Source: Arcobacteraceae bacterium
Lineage (GTDB): Bacteria > Campylobacterota > Campylobacteria > Campylobacterales > Arcobacteraceae
Direction of reading: 5' to 3'
NCBI GenBank assembly: GCA_965224485.1
Contig: CBDCZH010000012.1
Span: forward strand, 1 to 60,927
Length of the DNA: 60,927 nt
The position numbers and the translations under genes were made by a program. The notes below the pieces were generated by a model that saw only the letters and a program-made list of their open reading frames with translations, was not told where the DNA came from and ran no database searches. Within the stretch, counting starts at the first letter, position 1; every line of letters begins with the position of its first letter. This document shows positions 52,251 through 60,927 of the stretch, piece after piece.

Positions 52251-53273
52251 TTAATTATTTTTGATGGTATTTCTTTTTATAAGATCTACCTCTATAAATT
52301 CGAATGAAGCTTTAGTCTCTGGTTCTTTTATTCTGTCTTCTAATTTATTCATTACAGAAGTCACTATTTTATCAATATTTTGTCTTATTGTTGTTAGTTT
52401 ATATGATTGCAACGAAGATTGTTTAATATCATCAAATCCAATTATTGAATAATCTACTCCTGCTTCTTTTTTTAAAAATTCTCTGGCTCCATCAATAAAT
52501 CCAATAGCAAGTATATCATTAGCACAAAAAATACCATCTATTTCAATATTATTATTTAATACATACTTGGCTGTATTAAATCCACCTTTATAATCATTAG
52601 ATTTACTAGTTAGAAAATCAAAAGAAATATTCTTTGAAGTTTTTTGATTTTGCATAATTTTAAGAAAAGATTCTCCTCTCATTTTTCCACTATAGGTTGA
52701 ATTATTAATATTTAGAAAATGAATTTTTTTACATTTTGCATTAATAAGTTCTGAAATTGCCAAGTTTGTGCCAGAAAAATTATTCGAGCAAATTATATCA
52801 ATTTTCTTTTCTTTTTCAATAATATGATTTATTAAAATTACTGGAATATTTAATTTTTTACATTCTTTTGATATACCTTGAGGAGGTGAACCAGAAGTTA
52901 TAATTACACCTGAAACTCTAAATTGAGCAAATTTTTTTATTGTGGGTTGGATATCTTCATCTGATGATATTTCATTAACTATTGCTAAATAATTATTTTT
53001 TTGTATGATTTGTAATAATTTTTCAAGAAGCATGACGTGAAAAGAATCTTTAATATTCTTAATAATTAGTCCAATTAAATTTGTTTTTTGTTGATTTAAA
53101 CTTCTTCCTAACATATTAATTTCATAACCTAATTCATTAGCAGCTTTTAAAATTTTGTGTTTAGTGCTTTTTGTAACACAATCTAAATCATTTAATGCTC
53201 TAGAAACTGTTGACCTTGAAACACCAGCTTTTAAAGCAACGTCTTTAGATGTTGCAGGCTTTTTGATTTTCAT
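52251..53273 (-). CDS. LacI-family transcriptional regulator
   Basis: TSKDVALKAGVSRSTVSRALN, FCANDILA, IIGFDD, LTTI. Confidence 0.95.
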   Translation of the reverse strand: MKIKKPATSKDVALKAGVSRSTVSRALNDLDCVTKSTKHKILKAANELGYEINMLGRSLNQQKTNLIGLIIKNIKDSFHVMLLEKLLQIIQKNNYLAIVNEISSDEDIQPTIKKFAQFRVSGVIITSGSPPQGISKECKKLNIPVILINHIIEKEKKIDIICSNNFSGTNLAISELINAKCKKIHFLNINNSTYSGKMRGESFLKIMQNQKTSKNISFDFLTSKSNDYKGGFNTAKYVLNNNIEIDGIFCANDILAIGFIDGAREFLKKEAGVDYSIIGFDDIKQSSLQSYKLTTIRQNIDKIVTSVMNKLEDRIKEPETKASFEFIEVDLIKRNTIKNN

Positions 53274-53522
53274 ATAACCACATCCTTTTAATTATATACA
53301 TATAATAGCACATTGTATAAAAATTAATGTAAATATAAAAAATGTAAGTATGAAATAAGATTCAATTATTTAGGGTATTTCTTAAAATTAAACTAATAAT
53401 GTAGTTACTTTATATAAAGTAAATTATCAGCTACTTAGATTATATTTTAGAATAAGTAAAAAGATTAAAAGCAAGTATAAATAAAACTTTTCATATAATA
53501 CAAATAAAAAAGGAGTACTAAA

Positions 53523-53744
53523 GTGGAAATATCAAATAATAGTATATATTCTCCTTCTTCTGCTCCTATACAAAAAGATCTTAGAATGAAAAATTCTAGG
53601 GTTTTTAAAAATAGATATAAAGAAGCTTACCGTTTAGATATAAATCCTAGGTATTTAAGTGAAAAAGAGGTGAGAGTTCCTCTTTTTAATACAAATGTTT
53701 TGTATTATTTAAAATCTTTACTTACAATCAACAAGCCATTTTAA
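53523..53744 (+). CDS. Hypothetical protein
   Basis: AGGAG ribosome-binding site, GTG start, upstream TATAAT. Confidence 0.55.
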   Translation: MEISNNSIYSPSSAPIQKDLRMKNSRVFKNRYKEAYRLDINPRYLSEKEVRVPLFNTNVLYYLKSLLTINKPF

Positions 53745-53761
53745 GTAGCTTTAAATTAATA

Positions 53762-54097
53762 CTATATATCTTCTACATGAATATTTTTTTCTATAAATAT
53801 TTTTATAGATGATTCTCCTTGAAAGTTTTGAAATACTTGATAGGTGCTTCCATCACTATCTTTAGTATTTTCTAGTTTTTCCCAAGTCTTATCTTCATTT
53901 TTATTTGATTTAATTCCACCATGCAAGCTTAATTTTTCTTCACTTTGTTCTAAAAAAATAAACTCTTCGTCTTTATTATTCTCAAAATCAATTAAATTTT
54001 TTATATCAATAAAACTTTTATGTTCTTGTTTCTCATATAAAGAACTACTATTTTTTACAATATTTTCAAAGTCGATATTTTCTTCTTTTTCTATCAT
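53762..54097 (-). CDS. Hypothetical acidic protein
   Basis: 111-aa ORF filling an intergenic gap. Confidence 0.5.
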   Translation of the reverse strand: MIEKEENIDFENIVKNSSSLYEKQEHKSFIDIKNLIDFENNKDEEFIFLEQSEEKLSLHGGIKSNKNEDKTWEKLENTKDSDGSTYQVFQNFQGESSIKIFIEKNIHVEDI

Positions 54098-54299
54098 TAT
54101 GTACTTTTTGATATAAATAATTATTTTAATATTTATAAGCCTATATATAAGTATTTTTAATATTATTTTTATATTTATTTTATTTGCTTCTAATAATAGC
54201 TAATTTATAATTATTATAAATTAAATACCAATTAATTCTGATAATCATTATTTAAGTTTTCTTATTTTATAATTCAAATAAAATTTTCAAGGAATAATT

Positions 54300-54713
54300 A
54301 TGTTAAAAAAATCTCTACTTCTATTTTGTTTATTAGCCCTATGTTCAAGCTTTTCTTTTGCAAATAAAAGATCTCCATTTTTGATTATAGATATGATTCC
54401 TCATATGACCATGCAAGTTAAAAAGAATTGGGATAATAAAGAACTAGCTTTAAGTTCTACTCAAAAAATAAAATTGTTAAAAATTAGAAAAGAAACAATA
54501 TCTTCTATCGTTGCTTTAAAAGAACTATTAGCTCCTTTAGAAAAAGAAGTTGCAGCTAAAATTCTTACAGGTTCAAAACCTAGTGAATTAGTATCAACTG
54601 TTAATAAAATTGTTTCTTTTAAAGCACAAGCTACTCAAACACATCTTTCTTGTGTATATAAAACACAAAAAGTTTTAAATAAAAAACAACTTGAAGCTTT
54701 AAAAAGTTTATAA
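54300..54713 (+). CDS. Exported Spy/CpxP-like helical protein
   Basis: Signal peptide; LALSSTQK and VLNKKQ (LTxxQ-like) motifs. Confidence 0.6.
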   Translation: MLKKSLLLFCLLALCSSFSFANKRSPFLIIDMIPHMTMQVKKNWDNKELALSSTQKIKLLKIRKETISSIVALKELLAPLEKEVAAKILTGSKPSELVSTVNKIVSFKAQATQTHLSCVYKTQKVLNKKQLEALKSL

Positions 54714-54738
54714 AAACAGAGCTTAGCTCTGTTTTTAT
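54708..54738 (+). terminator. Terminator hairpin
   Basis: TATAAAAACAGAGCT-t-AGCTCTGTTTTTATA. Confidence 0.7.
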
Positions 54739-54828
54739 ATAAGCCTTGATGCTTTTATCTTCTTTCTTATAATATTTAGTATAATTTGTTTTTATATTTT
54801 TATATTTTAATTTAGGATAAAACAATTT

Positions 54829-55317
54829 ATGTTTATTGAAATTTTACAACACACCCCTTTATATATTTATTGGATGTTCTTTTCTCTTCTATTTGTAGGT
54901 TTGCTGCAAAAAAAAACTAGAACTTTGGGTATTAAAAGAGCTTTAGGAATTCCTATTCTTTTGTTTTTTTTATCTTTTTATGGTTTTTATATTGATTTTT
55001 CTTTATCTTTTTTAAGTATAAGTTTTTATCTATTGTCTTTTTCTCTAATGTTTTTAATAAGCCAAAAATACAGAACTTCTTCTCATATAAGGTTTTTTAA
55101 AAATGATAAAACATTTATTATAGAAGGAAGTTTTATTCCTTTACTTGTGATGATGCTTGTTTTTTTCACTAAGTATTTTTTAGCAGTAGTTTTAATAAAA
55201 AATCCAAGTTCATTTGAAAATATTTATTTTATAAGTATATTTTCTTTTGCTTATGGGCTTTTTACTTCTATCTTCTTTTTAAGATTTTTTATCTTATTCA
55301 AAAAAATGAGAGATTAG
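54829..55317 (+). CDS. Integral membrane protein (DUF6622-like)
   Basis: HTPLYIY start, GSFIPL..FFTKY, multiple TM segments. Confidence 0.65.
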   Translation: MFIEILQHTPLYIYWMFFSLLFVGLLQKKTRTLGIKRALGIPILLFFLSFYGFYIDFSLSFLSISFYLLSFSLMFLISQKYRTSSHIRFFKNDKTFIIEGSFIPLLVMMLVFFTKYFLAVVLIKNPSSFENIYFISIFSFAYGLFTSIFFLRFFILFKKMRD

Positions 55318-55910
55318 GACTCTTCACATTTAATAAAAATATGTACTTTATTTGTATAGTCTTTAAAATGATAGTTTACTATAGTATTATCTAAAGCACT
55401 AGCATCTCCTTTAAAGCCATATACAAAAATACTAAGAGCGAAATAATACTCTTTATATCTAAATAGCGTATGAGTAGGAATTAACTGCATTGAATAGCCA
55501 TCTTCTACCCAATCATTCCAAAATTGCTCAAAGTTTTCATTTATTTCATTTGCTATATCTGAATCATCAAATTTGTAGTATTCTTTTTTTGAAATATCAA
55601 AGGTATCTACTAAACCATCTTTTATTTTATACTTCCACAGTTGTGATTTTTGTGGATAAACATACTCTTTAAAAGTTACATAAGAGTTCTCTTTTATATA
55701 AGTATTTTTCTCTTTTTTAAAATTTAAGTTTTTATACTCTTGTATTTTCCCAAATATAGGTATATTTAAGCTTTTAATATTATCTTCTATTAACTCTTCT
55801 AAGTAGCTTGGTGCTTCATAAAACTTATCTGGATTAAAATAAGAAGCACAATCTTTTGCAAATAAAGAACTTAGTAAAATTACTTCTAAAATTAGTACTT
55901 TTTTAAACAT
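55314..55910 (-). CDS. Exported hypothetical protein
   Basis: Signal peptide ending LFA; 198 aa. Confidence 0.7.
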   Translation of the reverse strand: MFKKVLILEVILLSSLFAKDCASYFNPDKFYEAPSYLEELIEDNIKSLNIPIFGKIQEYKNLNFKKEKNTYIKENSYVTFKEYVYPQKSQLWKYKIKDGLVDTFDISKKEYYKFDDSDIANEINENFEQFWNDWVEDGYSMQLIPTHTLFRYKEYYFALSIFVYGFKGDASALDNTIVNYHFKDYTNKVHIFIKCEES

Positions 55911-55921
55911 TCTTTCTCTCT

Positions 55922-57709
55922 TTATATTTGTATTGTAAAAATTGCATAATTATTCTCATTTTTAACACTAAGTTTTCCTTTCATTTTATCTTCAATAATT
56001 GCCTTACTTAAGTATAAACCAATACCAGTTCCTTTTTCTTTTTTAGTAGTGAAATAAGGATTAAAAATATTATCAATTATATGAGCAGGTACTCCTCCTG
56101 CATTATCTCTTACTTGAATATTTGTTTTATCTTCATTTTTAAAAATAGTAATTTCTATATGTGGATTAATGATTTTATTTTCATCAATTGCATCTTTTGA
56201 ATTTATCATTAGGTTCATCAAAACTTGGGAAAATTCATTTTTATTTGCGTATAGTTCTAGCTTATCTGCATCTATGATGTTAAGTGTAATATGAGAGTGC
56301 TCTAAAACAGAACCTATAATATTAAGAACTGATTTAACTGCATCTTGAATAATAAAAGTAGATTTCTTTTCATCTTTTTTATAAAAGTTTTTAAAGTTAT
56401 CAATAGTTGTAGACATAAATTCTATTTGATACAGTGAGTTTTCAACTGCTTCATCAAACATAGAATCACTCATTTTATTTTTTTTCTTATAAGCTTTTAG
56501 ATTTTGTATAGTTAAAGAGAGCCTAGTTAGTGGATGTCTCCACTGATGGGCTATATTTCCTATCATATCACCTAATTCAGCTAGCTTACTTTGATTTTGT
56601 AAGAGTCTATCTTTTTTTGCATTTTCTAAGGTTTGTATTTTTACTTTGTGATCAAGTGTTGTTGCTAAGTCATGTAATTTATCACTTTGTTTTACAACTA
56701 CTTCAAAAATTGATTTTAATGTTCTTGTAAATAAGAAAGTAAAAATTATTGATATGATAAGTGCAACTATTAAAATAGTTATAACCATTTTATTATTGTT
56801 ATTACTTATTTGGGCAATTGATTCATCTTTCTCAACCATAAGCATATTTATTTTTTGCTTACTTGACTTCAATGTTTGTAAAAACATATTTTTATTTAAA
56901 ACTAAAATATCTTCTTTATTACTTTGTATTTTATATACATTTTTTGCTAAAAAATCATCATCTATTGAATGTTTTGTATCATAAATAGACCAGTTATATT
57001 TACTATTTTTATGTTTTAAATAATAACCAGCTTCATCAATTAGGTAAATATCATATAGTGTTGATTTTGTAATATTATTTAATAAGTCTTCCATAAATAT
57101 ATTAATAATTAAAATACCATGAAACTTTTCATTTATATAGATAGGGGTTGCTAATCTTACAACAGGAGTATATGGTTTTTGCACCTGTCCGTATTCTATA
57201 TTTAAATCAATTGGAGATAACCAAACTTCACCTTTTTTTAAGTTTCTACTTTCTTTAAAATAATATCTATTCTCTTTATTTTGCAAAATACTTGATTTAT
57301 ATGGCTCTTTTGAGTACTTTTCTCTATCAAATCTTAGTCTTTCATGACCTTTGTTATCAATATAACGTATTTGCATATAGTCTTTATTTGCTTCCATAAT
57401 AGTTAATAAAAGTAAATCAATATAATAGTTATAAGAACCGTCTTCAATATTTTTTAGAAAATATTCGTTATTTGTAATTGCTAAAAGTGCATCTTCTTTT
57501 GTTTTAAAGAACTCATCAAACTGTATTTTTTTCTCATAACTTTGTAAAGTAACTTCTCTTTGGAATTTTTGTAAGGTTGAGTCTTCGGATAAATAGATAT
57601 GAATTACTGTTATTGTTATAATTAAAAGCATACTAAATACAATATATGAGAAAAATAGTTTTACTCCAAAAGTTCTATGTTTTTGTGATAATTTATCTAC
57701 TTCAAGCAT
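55922..57709 (-). CDS. Cache-domain sensor histidine kinase
   Basis: Two TM segments, RYYF sensor motif, IAHQWRHPL, DNAGG, GTGIGL. Confidence 0.92.
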   Translation of the reverse strand: MLEVDKLSQKHRTFGVKLFFSYIVFSMLLIITITVIHIYLSEDSTLQKFQREVTLQSYEKKIQFDEFFKTKEDALLAITNNEYFLKNIEDGSYNYYIDLLLLTIMEANKDYMQIRYIDNKGHERLRFDREKYSKEPYKSSILQNKENRYYFKESRNLKKGEVWLSPIDLNIEYGQVQKPYTPVVRLATPIYINEKFHGILIINIFMEDLLNNITKSTLYDIYLIDEAGYYLKHKNSKYNWSIYDTKHSIDDDFLAKNVYKIQSNKEDILVLNKNMFLQTLKSSKQKINMLMVEKDESIAQISNNNNKMVITILIVALIISIIFTFLFTRTLKSIFEVVVKQSDKLHDLATTLDHKVKIQTLENAKKDRLLQNQSKLAELGDMIGNIAHQWRHPLTRLSLTIQNLKAYKKKNKMSDSMFDEAVENSLYQIEFMSTTIDNFKNFYKKDEKKSTFIIQDAVKSVLNIIGSVLEHSHITLNIIDADKLELYANKNEFSQVLMNLMINSKDAIDENKIINPHIEITIFKNEDKTNIQVRDNAGGVPAHIIDNIFNPYFTTKKEKGTGIGLYLSKAIIEDKMKGKLSVKNENNYAIFTIQI

Positions 57710-58356
57710 ATTTATCTATCTTATAACCAGCATTTCTTATATTCAAAATAAAATTTTCTTTAAGTTTTGATCTTAGTTTTTTTATTTGTGTTCTTAAAGT
57801 ATTATCACATACATCTTTTTCATCCCAAACATAATCTTTTATGATATTTGAGCTTACAATTGAGCCTATGTTTTTTGTTAAAATAAATAAAAGATTTTTT
57901 TCATGTAAGGTCAAATCAATTATTTTTTCATCATAATATAAATTCATAGAGTTCAAATCAAAAGTATATGTTTTAGTGATTTTTATTTTAAAAGAAGATT
58001 CTTTATGTAGAATTTGATTAATTCTAAGCTCTAGTTCTTCAAAAATAAAAGGTTTTCTTATATAATCATTACAACCAAGCTCATAACCTTTTTTAACGTG
58101 TTCTATGTCACTTTGTGCAGTTAAATAAATAGCAGGTGTTTGTATGTTTTGATCTCTAATTTCGCTTAGTGTTTCAAAACCATTTTTTTTAGGAGTATTT
58201 ATATCAAATAGCAAAATATCATAGTTACTTAAAACTGCATTGTCCAATAAATCTTCTCCATTATGAAAATAATCAACTCTATTTCCATCTAATTGAAAAT
58301 AACTTTTAATTGATTCACATATAAAGGTATCATCTTCAAGTAAACAATATTCTCAT
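57702..58356 (-). CDS. OmpR-family response regulator, frameshifted in codon 5
   Basis: Deleting one T restores MRILLLEDDTFIC.. in frame with ORF 57702-58247. Confidence 0.88.
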
Positions 58357-58582
58357 TTTTTTCCTTCTTAGTCGTAATTACAGTCACAAAAACCATCTTC
58401 TTGAAGTTTTTTATTTTCTTCTTCTAATTTTACTAAATATTTTTGGTAGTTTAGCTCTTTTTTTGTTAGCTTTTCATTTATTATATACTTTTTATTTTAA
58501 ATTATTTTCATTTGTTATTTGATTAGTTTTGGAAAAAACTAGGCTTGATAATAAAAGTATAAATATAAAAATTGTTTTCATT

Positions 58583-58958
58583 TTAATTGCACGTTGGAAT
58601 AAATTCTGAATCATAAGCAAACTCTTGCAAGATTTCTAAGAGTAGTTTTTCTTCTTTTTTTAAACTCTTTACTTGCGAAATATTTTAAAAGATTTAAACT
58701 CTCTTCATCCTCACTATGAATATCAATTAATTCAAAAGAATTTTTAGAAAATAGTGCCTTCCATTCTCTAATTGAACTCATATTGGCACCTCTACTTGCT
58801 TCCCCATGACAAGATGAACATCTGTTTAAATAATACTCTTGACCTTTTAAATTTTTTGTAGCATGCTCACCTCTTTTTTTAGCAGCTTGCATAGAAGTAC
58901 TAGTTACAAGAAGTAAAAATAAAACAATAATAAGTTTTAAACTATTTTTTAAAATCAT
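58583..58958 (-). CDS. Monoheme cytochrome c with 3' frameshift
   Basis: Signal peptide, CSSCH; frame disturbed at A-runs near 58650; end approximate. Confidence 0.75.
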
Positions 58959-59433
58959 ATTCTTCTCCATGAAGTTTCTCAAACTTTTTAATTGCATCAT
59001 CCATCCAAGCTAACATTTGTTTTAAATTCCACATACCATAAATAAGCATATGCTTTTTGCCTCTACGTGAGAGTTTTTCTTCCTTTGGACCCATGAAATA
59101 AATAGCTGGAGTCATTGATGTTGTAAGCCTTGGTGGACATTGTCCTGTATTCTCTACATCAGAATCAGCATCTAAAGAGTTATCTAAAATAACAGGAATA
59201 AAATATTTTTTGATTTTATCTTGAAATTCTTTTGTAGTAAAGATTTCTTCTCTTAATTTTGGGCAATAAAAACACGTTCTGGATTCTAAAAATAGAAAAA
59301 TTGGTTTTTTATGATACTGTGCCACTTCTTTTGCTTCATTGAAATCATGCTGCCAATCAAGTCCTTTTGCCCAATCGTCATTTGCTTTAAGTAACGATAG
59401 TAGCAGTATACTTAGAAGAAATAATCTTTTCAT
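58942..59433 (-). CDS. Exported thioredoxin-fold protein (SoxW-like)
   Basis: Signal peptide, CFYC, TP cis-proline motif. Confidence 0.85.
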   Translation of the reverse strand: MKRLFLLSILLLSLLKANDDWAKGLDWQHDFNEAKEVAQYHKKPIFLFLESRTCFYCPKLREEIFTTKEFQDKIKKYFIPVILDNSLDADSDVENTGQCPPRLTTSMTPAIYFMGPKEEKLSRRGKKHMLIYGMWNLKQMLAWMDDAIKKFEKLHGEEYDFKK

Positions 59434-59663
59434 TTATGACCTTTTATTATTATTAATTTAATGGTTTTCTTTTTTTCTCTATTAATCTATACTTTTTTTG
59501 TTTAATTCCTAATGATATATATCAATTAATTAATTTTATATGTAGGAATAAACTTAATTTATAATTTTAGTTTATGAATTTTAGTTTGGCACTTTAGAAG
59601 CACTTTGTTTTGTTATACTTTTTGATAATTGAGTTCTGCTCAATAAATTTAAAGGAGAAGACG

Positions 59664-60927
59664 ATGAAAAGCTTTATGAATAAAATTGCACAAGTTGCAA
59701 TATTCACTACTTTTATCTTTGGAATGTCACTACAAGCAGGTGAACACTCAAAAGGTACAGTTGAAATGCAAAGTGTTGCAGGTGGTGATTCATGTATTAA
59801 GTGTCATAAAGGTATTGAGTCTATTAGAGACGAAAAATCTGATATGATGACACAAATCGTAGCAATGGGAGAAGGCATAGGAGACACAGCTGGTTGTGTT
59901 GTATGTCATGGTGGTAATCCAGAAGATGGAACAGTTAAAGGTGCCCATATGGGAGCTCCAGCTGCACATCCAGGTGGATTAGCTGATTTTGTTAGAGATC
60001 CAGGTTCAATTTGGATAGCTGATAAAACATGTGGAATTTGTCATAGTGATACAGTTGCTAATATTAAAAAATCTTTAATGATGACTGAAGCTGGTAAAAA
60101 TTCAAGGAAATATGCATTCATGGGGAACTTATAAAACTAAAAAAGTTCAATTTGCTAACTATGATGTAAAAGATGAAGATGGTGAAAGAACCAGCTTGGG
60201 GAACTAAAGTATATAAAGATTATATGGTTAAAATGATTGATAAATATCCTGATCAATTCCCAACTGAGTTAAAACAATTACCTACCTCCTCAAGTGGACC
60301 TGAAGATTTCGCTGGAAAAACTGAACAAGAAATTGGAGTTATGGCATCAATTACTTACCAAAGATCTGATTGTCAAAGATGTCATATTGGTGTTCGTGGT
60401 AGAAAAGGTCGTGGAGATTGGCGTGGAATGGGATGTTCAGCTTGTCATATGCCTTATGGAAACGAAGGTATTTACGAAGGAAATGATCCTACTATTGATA
60501 AAAAAGAACATGGTCATATGTTAGTACATATGATGCAAGGTACTAGAAAAGCAAAGTTATCACTCCTAGTGGAGCTGGAATTCTCTGGAATTCATCCTGA
60601 AACTTGTAACTCTTGTCACAACAGAGGTAAAAGAATCGGTGTTTCTTATGTTGGTTTAATGGAACAACCTTATGGTTCACCATTACAAGCAGGTGGAAAA
60701 TCACAAAGTAAACATCATGGTAAAAGATATAAACATATTAAAGAAGATCTTACACTTTGAAGCTGGTATGACTTGTCAAGATTGTCATACATCTGTTGAT
60801 ATGCATGGTGATGGTACTTTATTTGGAACAACTCTTGGTCAAGTAGAAATTGAGTGTTCAGATTGTCATGGTACTAATGATAAATACCCTTGGGAATTAG
60901 AAATTGGTTATGGTGAGAAATTTGGGA
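59664..60927 (+). CDS. Multiheme cytochrome c, frameshifted and running off the window end
   Basis: AAGGAG ribosome-binding site; CIKCH, CVVCH, CGICH, CQRCH, CSACH, CNSCH, CQDCH, CSDCH across three frames. Confidence 0.88.

Noticed and set aside
58368..58581. Small exported protein ending ..EDGFCDCNYD* on the minus strand
   Set aside because: Plausible, but the frame is broken and the start cannot be fixed from sequence alone

Overview
Very AT-rich bacterial DNA. Gene content and style suggest Campylobacterota, most likely Arcobacteraceae (inference, no search run). Several conserved genes carry single-base frameshifts at short homopolymers, probably long-read assembly errors. Layout: (1) 1-4.2 kb, aapJQMP amino-acid ABC transporter. 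(2) 4.6-8.7 kb, signalling module: 7TM-DISM-type histidine kinase, two winged-helix response regulators (one broken by an in-frame TAA) and a FeeM-like N-acyl synthase. (3) About 8.8-36.2 kb, a mosaic accessory island punctuated by a modular palindromic repeat family. It holds an orphan ThsB-like TIR gene, an IS110 element inserted in the repeat, a DUF726 hydrolase, a RibA-NADAR-AsnB-NAT-glycosyltransferase operon, a DUF2130 / OLD-TOPRIM nuclease / MksFEB(Wadjet)-like operon, and a locus with an unannotated 46-aa Asn-rich peptide, a Zn-binding protein and a B12-radical-SAM enzyme. It also holds an att-like remnant and an orphan antitoxin. (4) 37-61 kb, mostly ordinary genes: selO, Pif1-like helicase, hydroxy-acid oxidase, ycaO, mltC, a LacI-controlled sugar ABC cluster, a two-component system and cytochromes c. 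Best novel-system candidates: the Asn-rich peptide/radical-SAM locus, possibly linked to the RibA-NADAR operon, and a 12-bp-period AACTGTGACAC box that appears to place defence-like genes under the signalling module.
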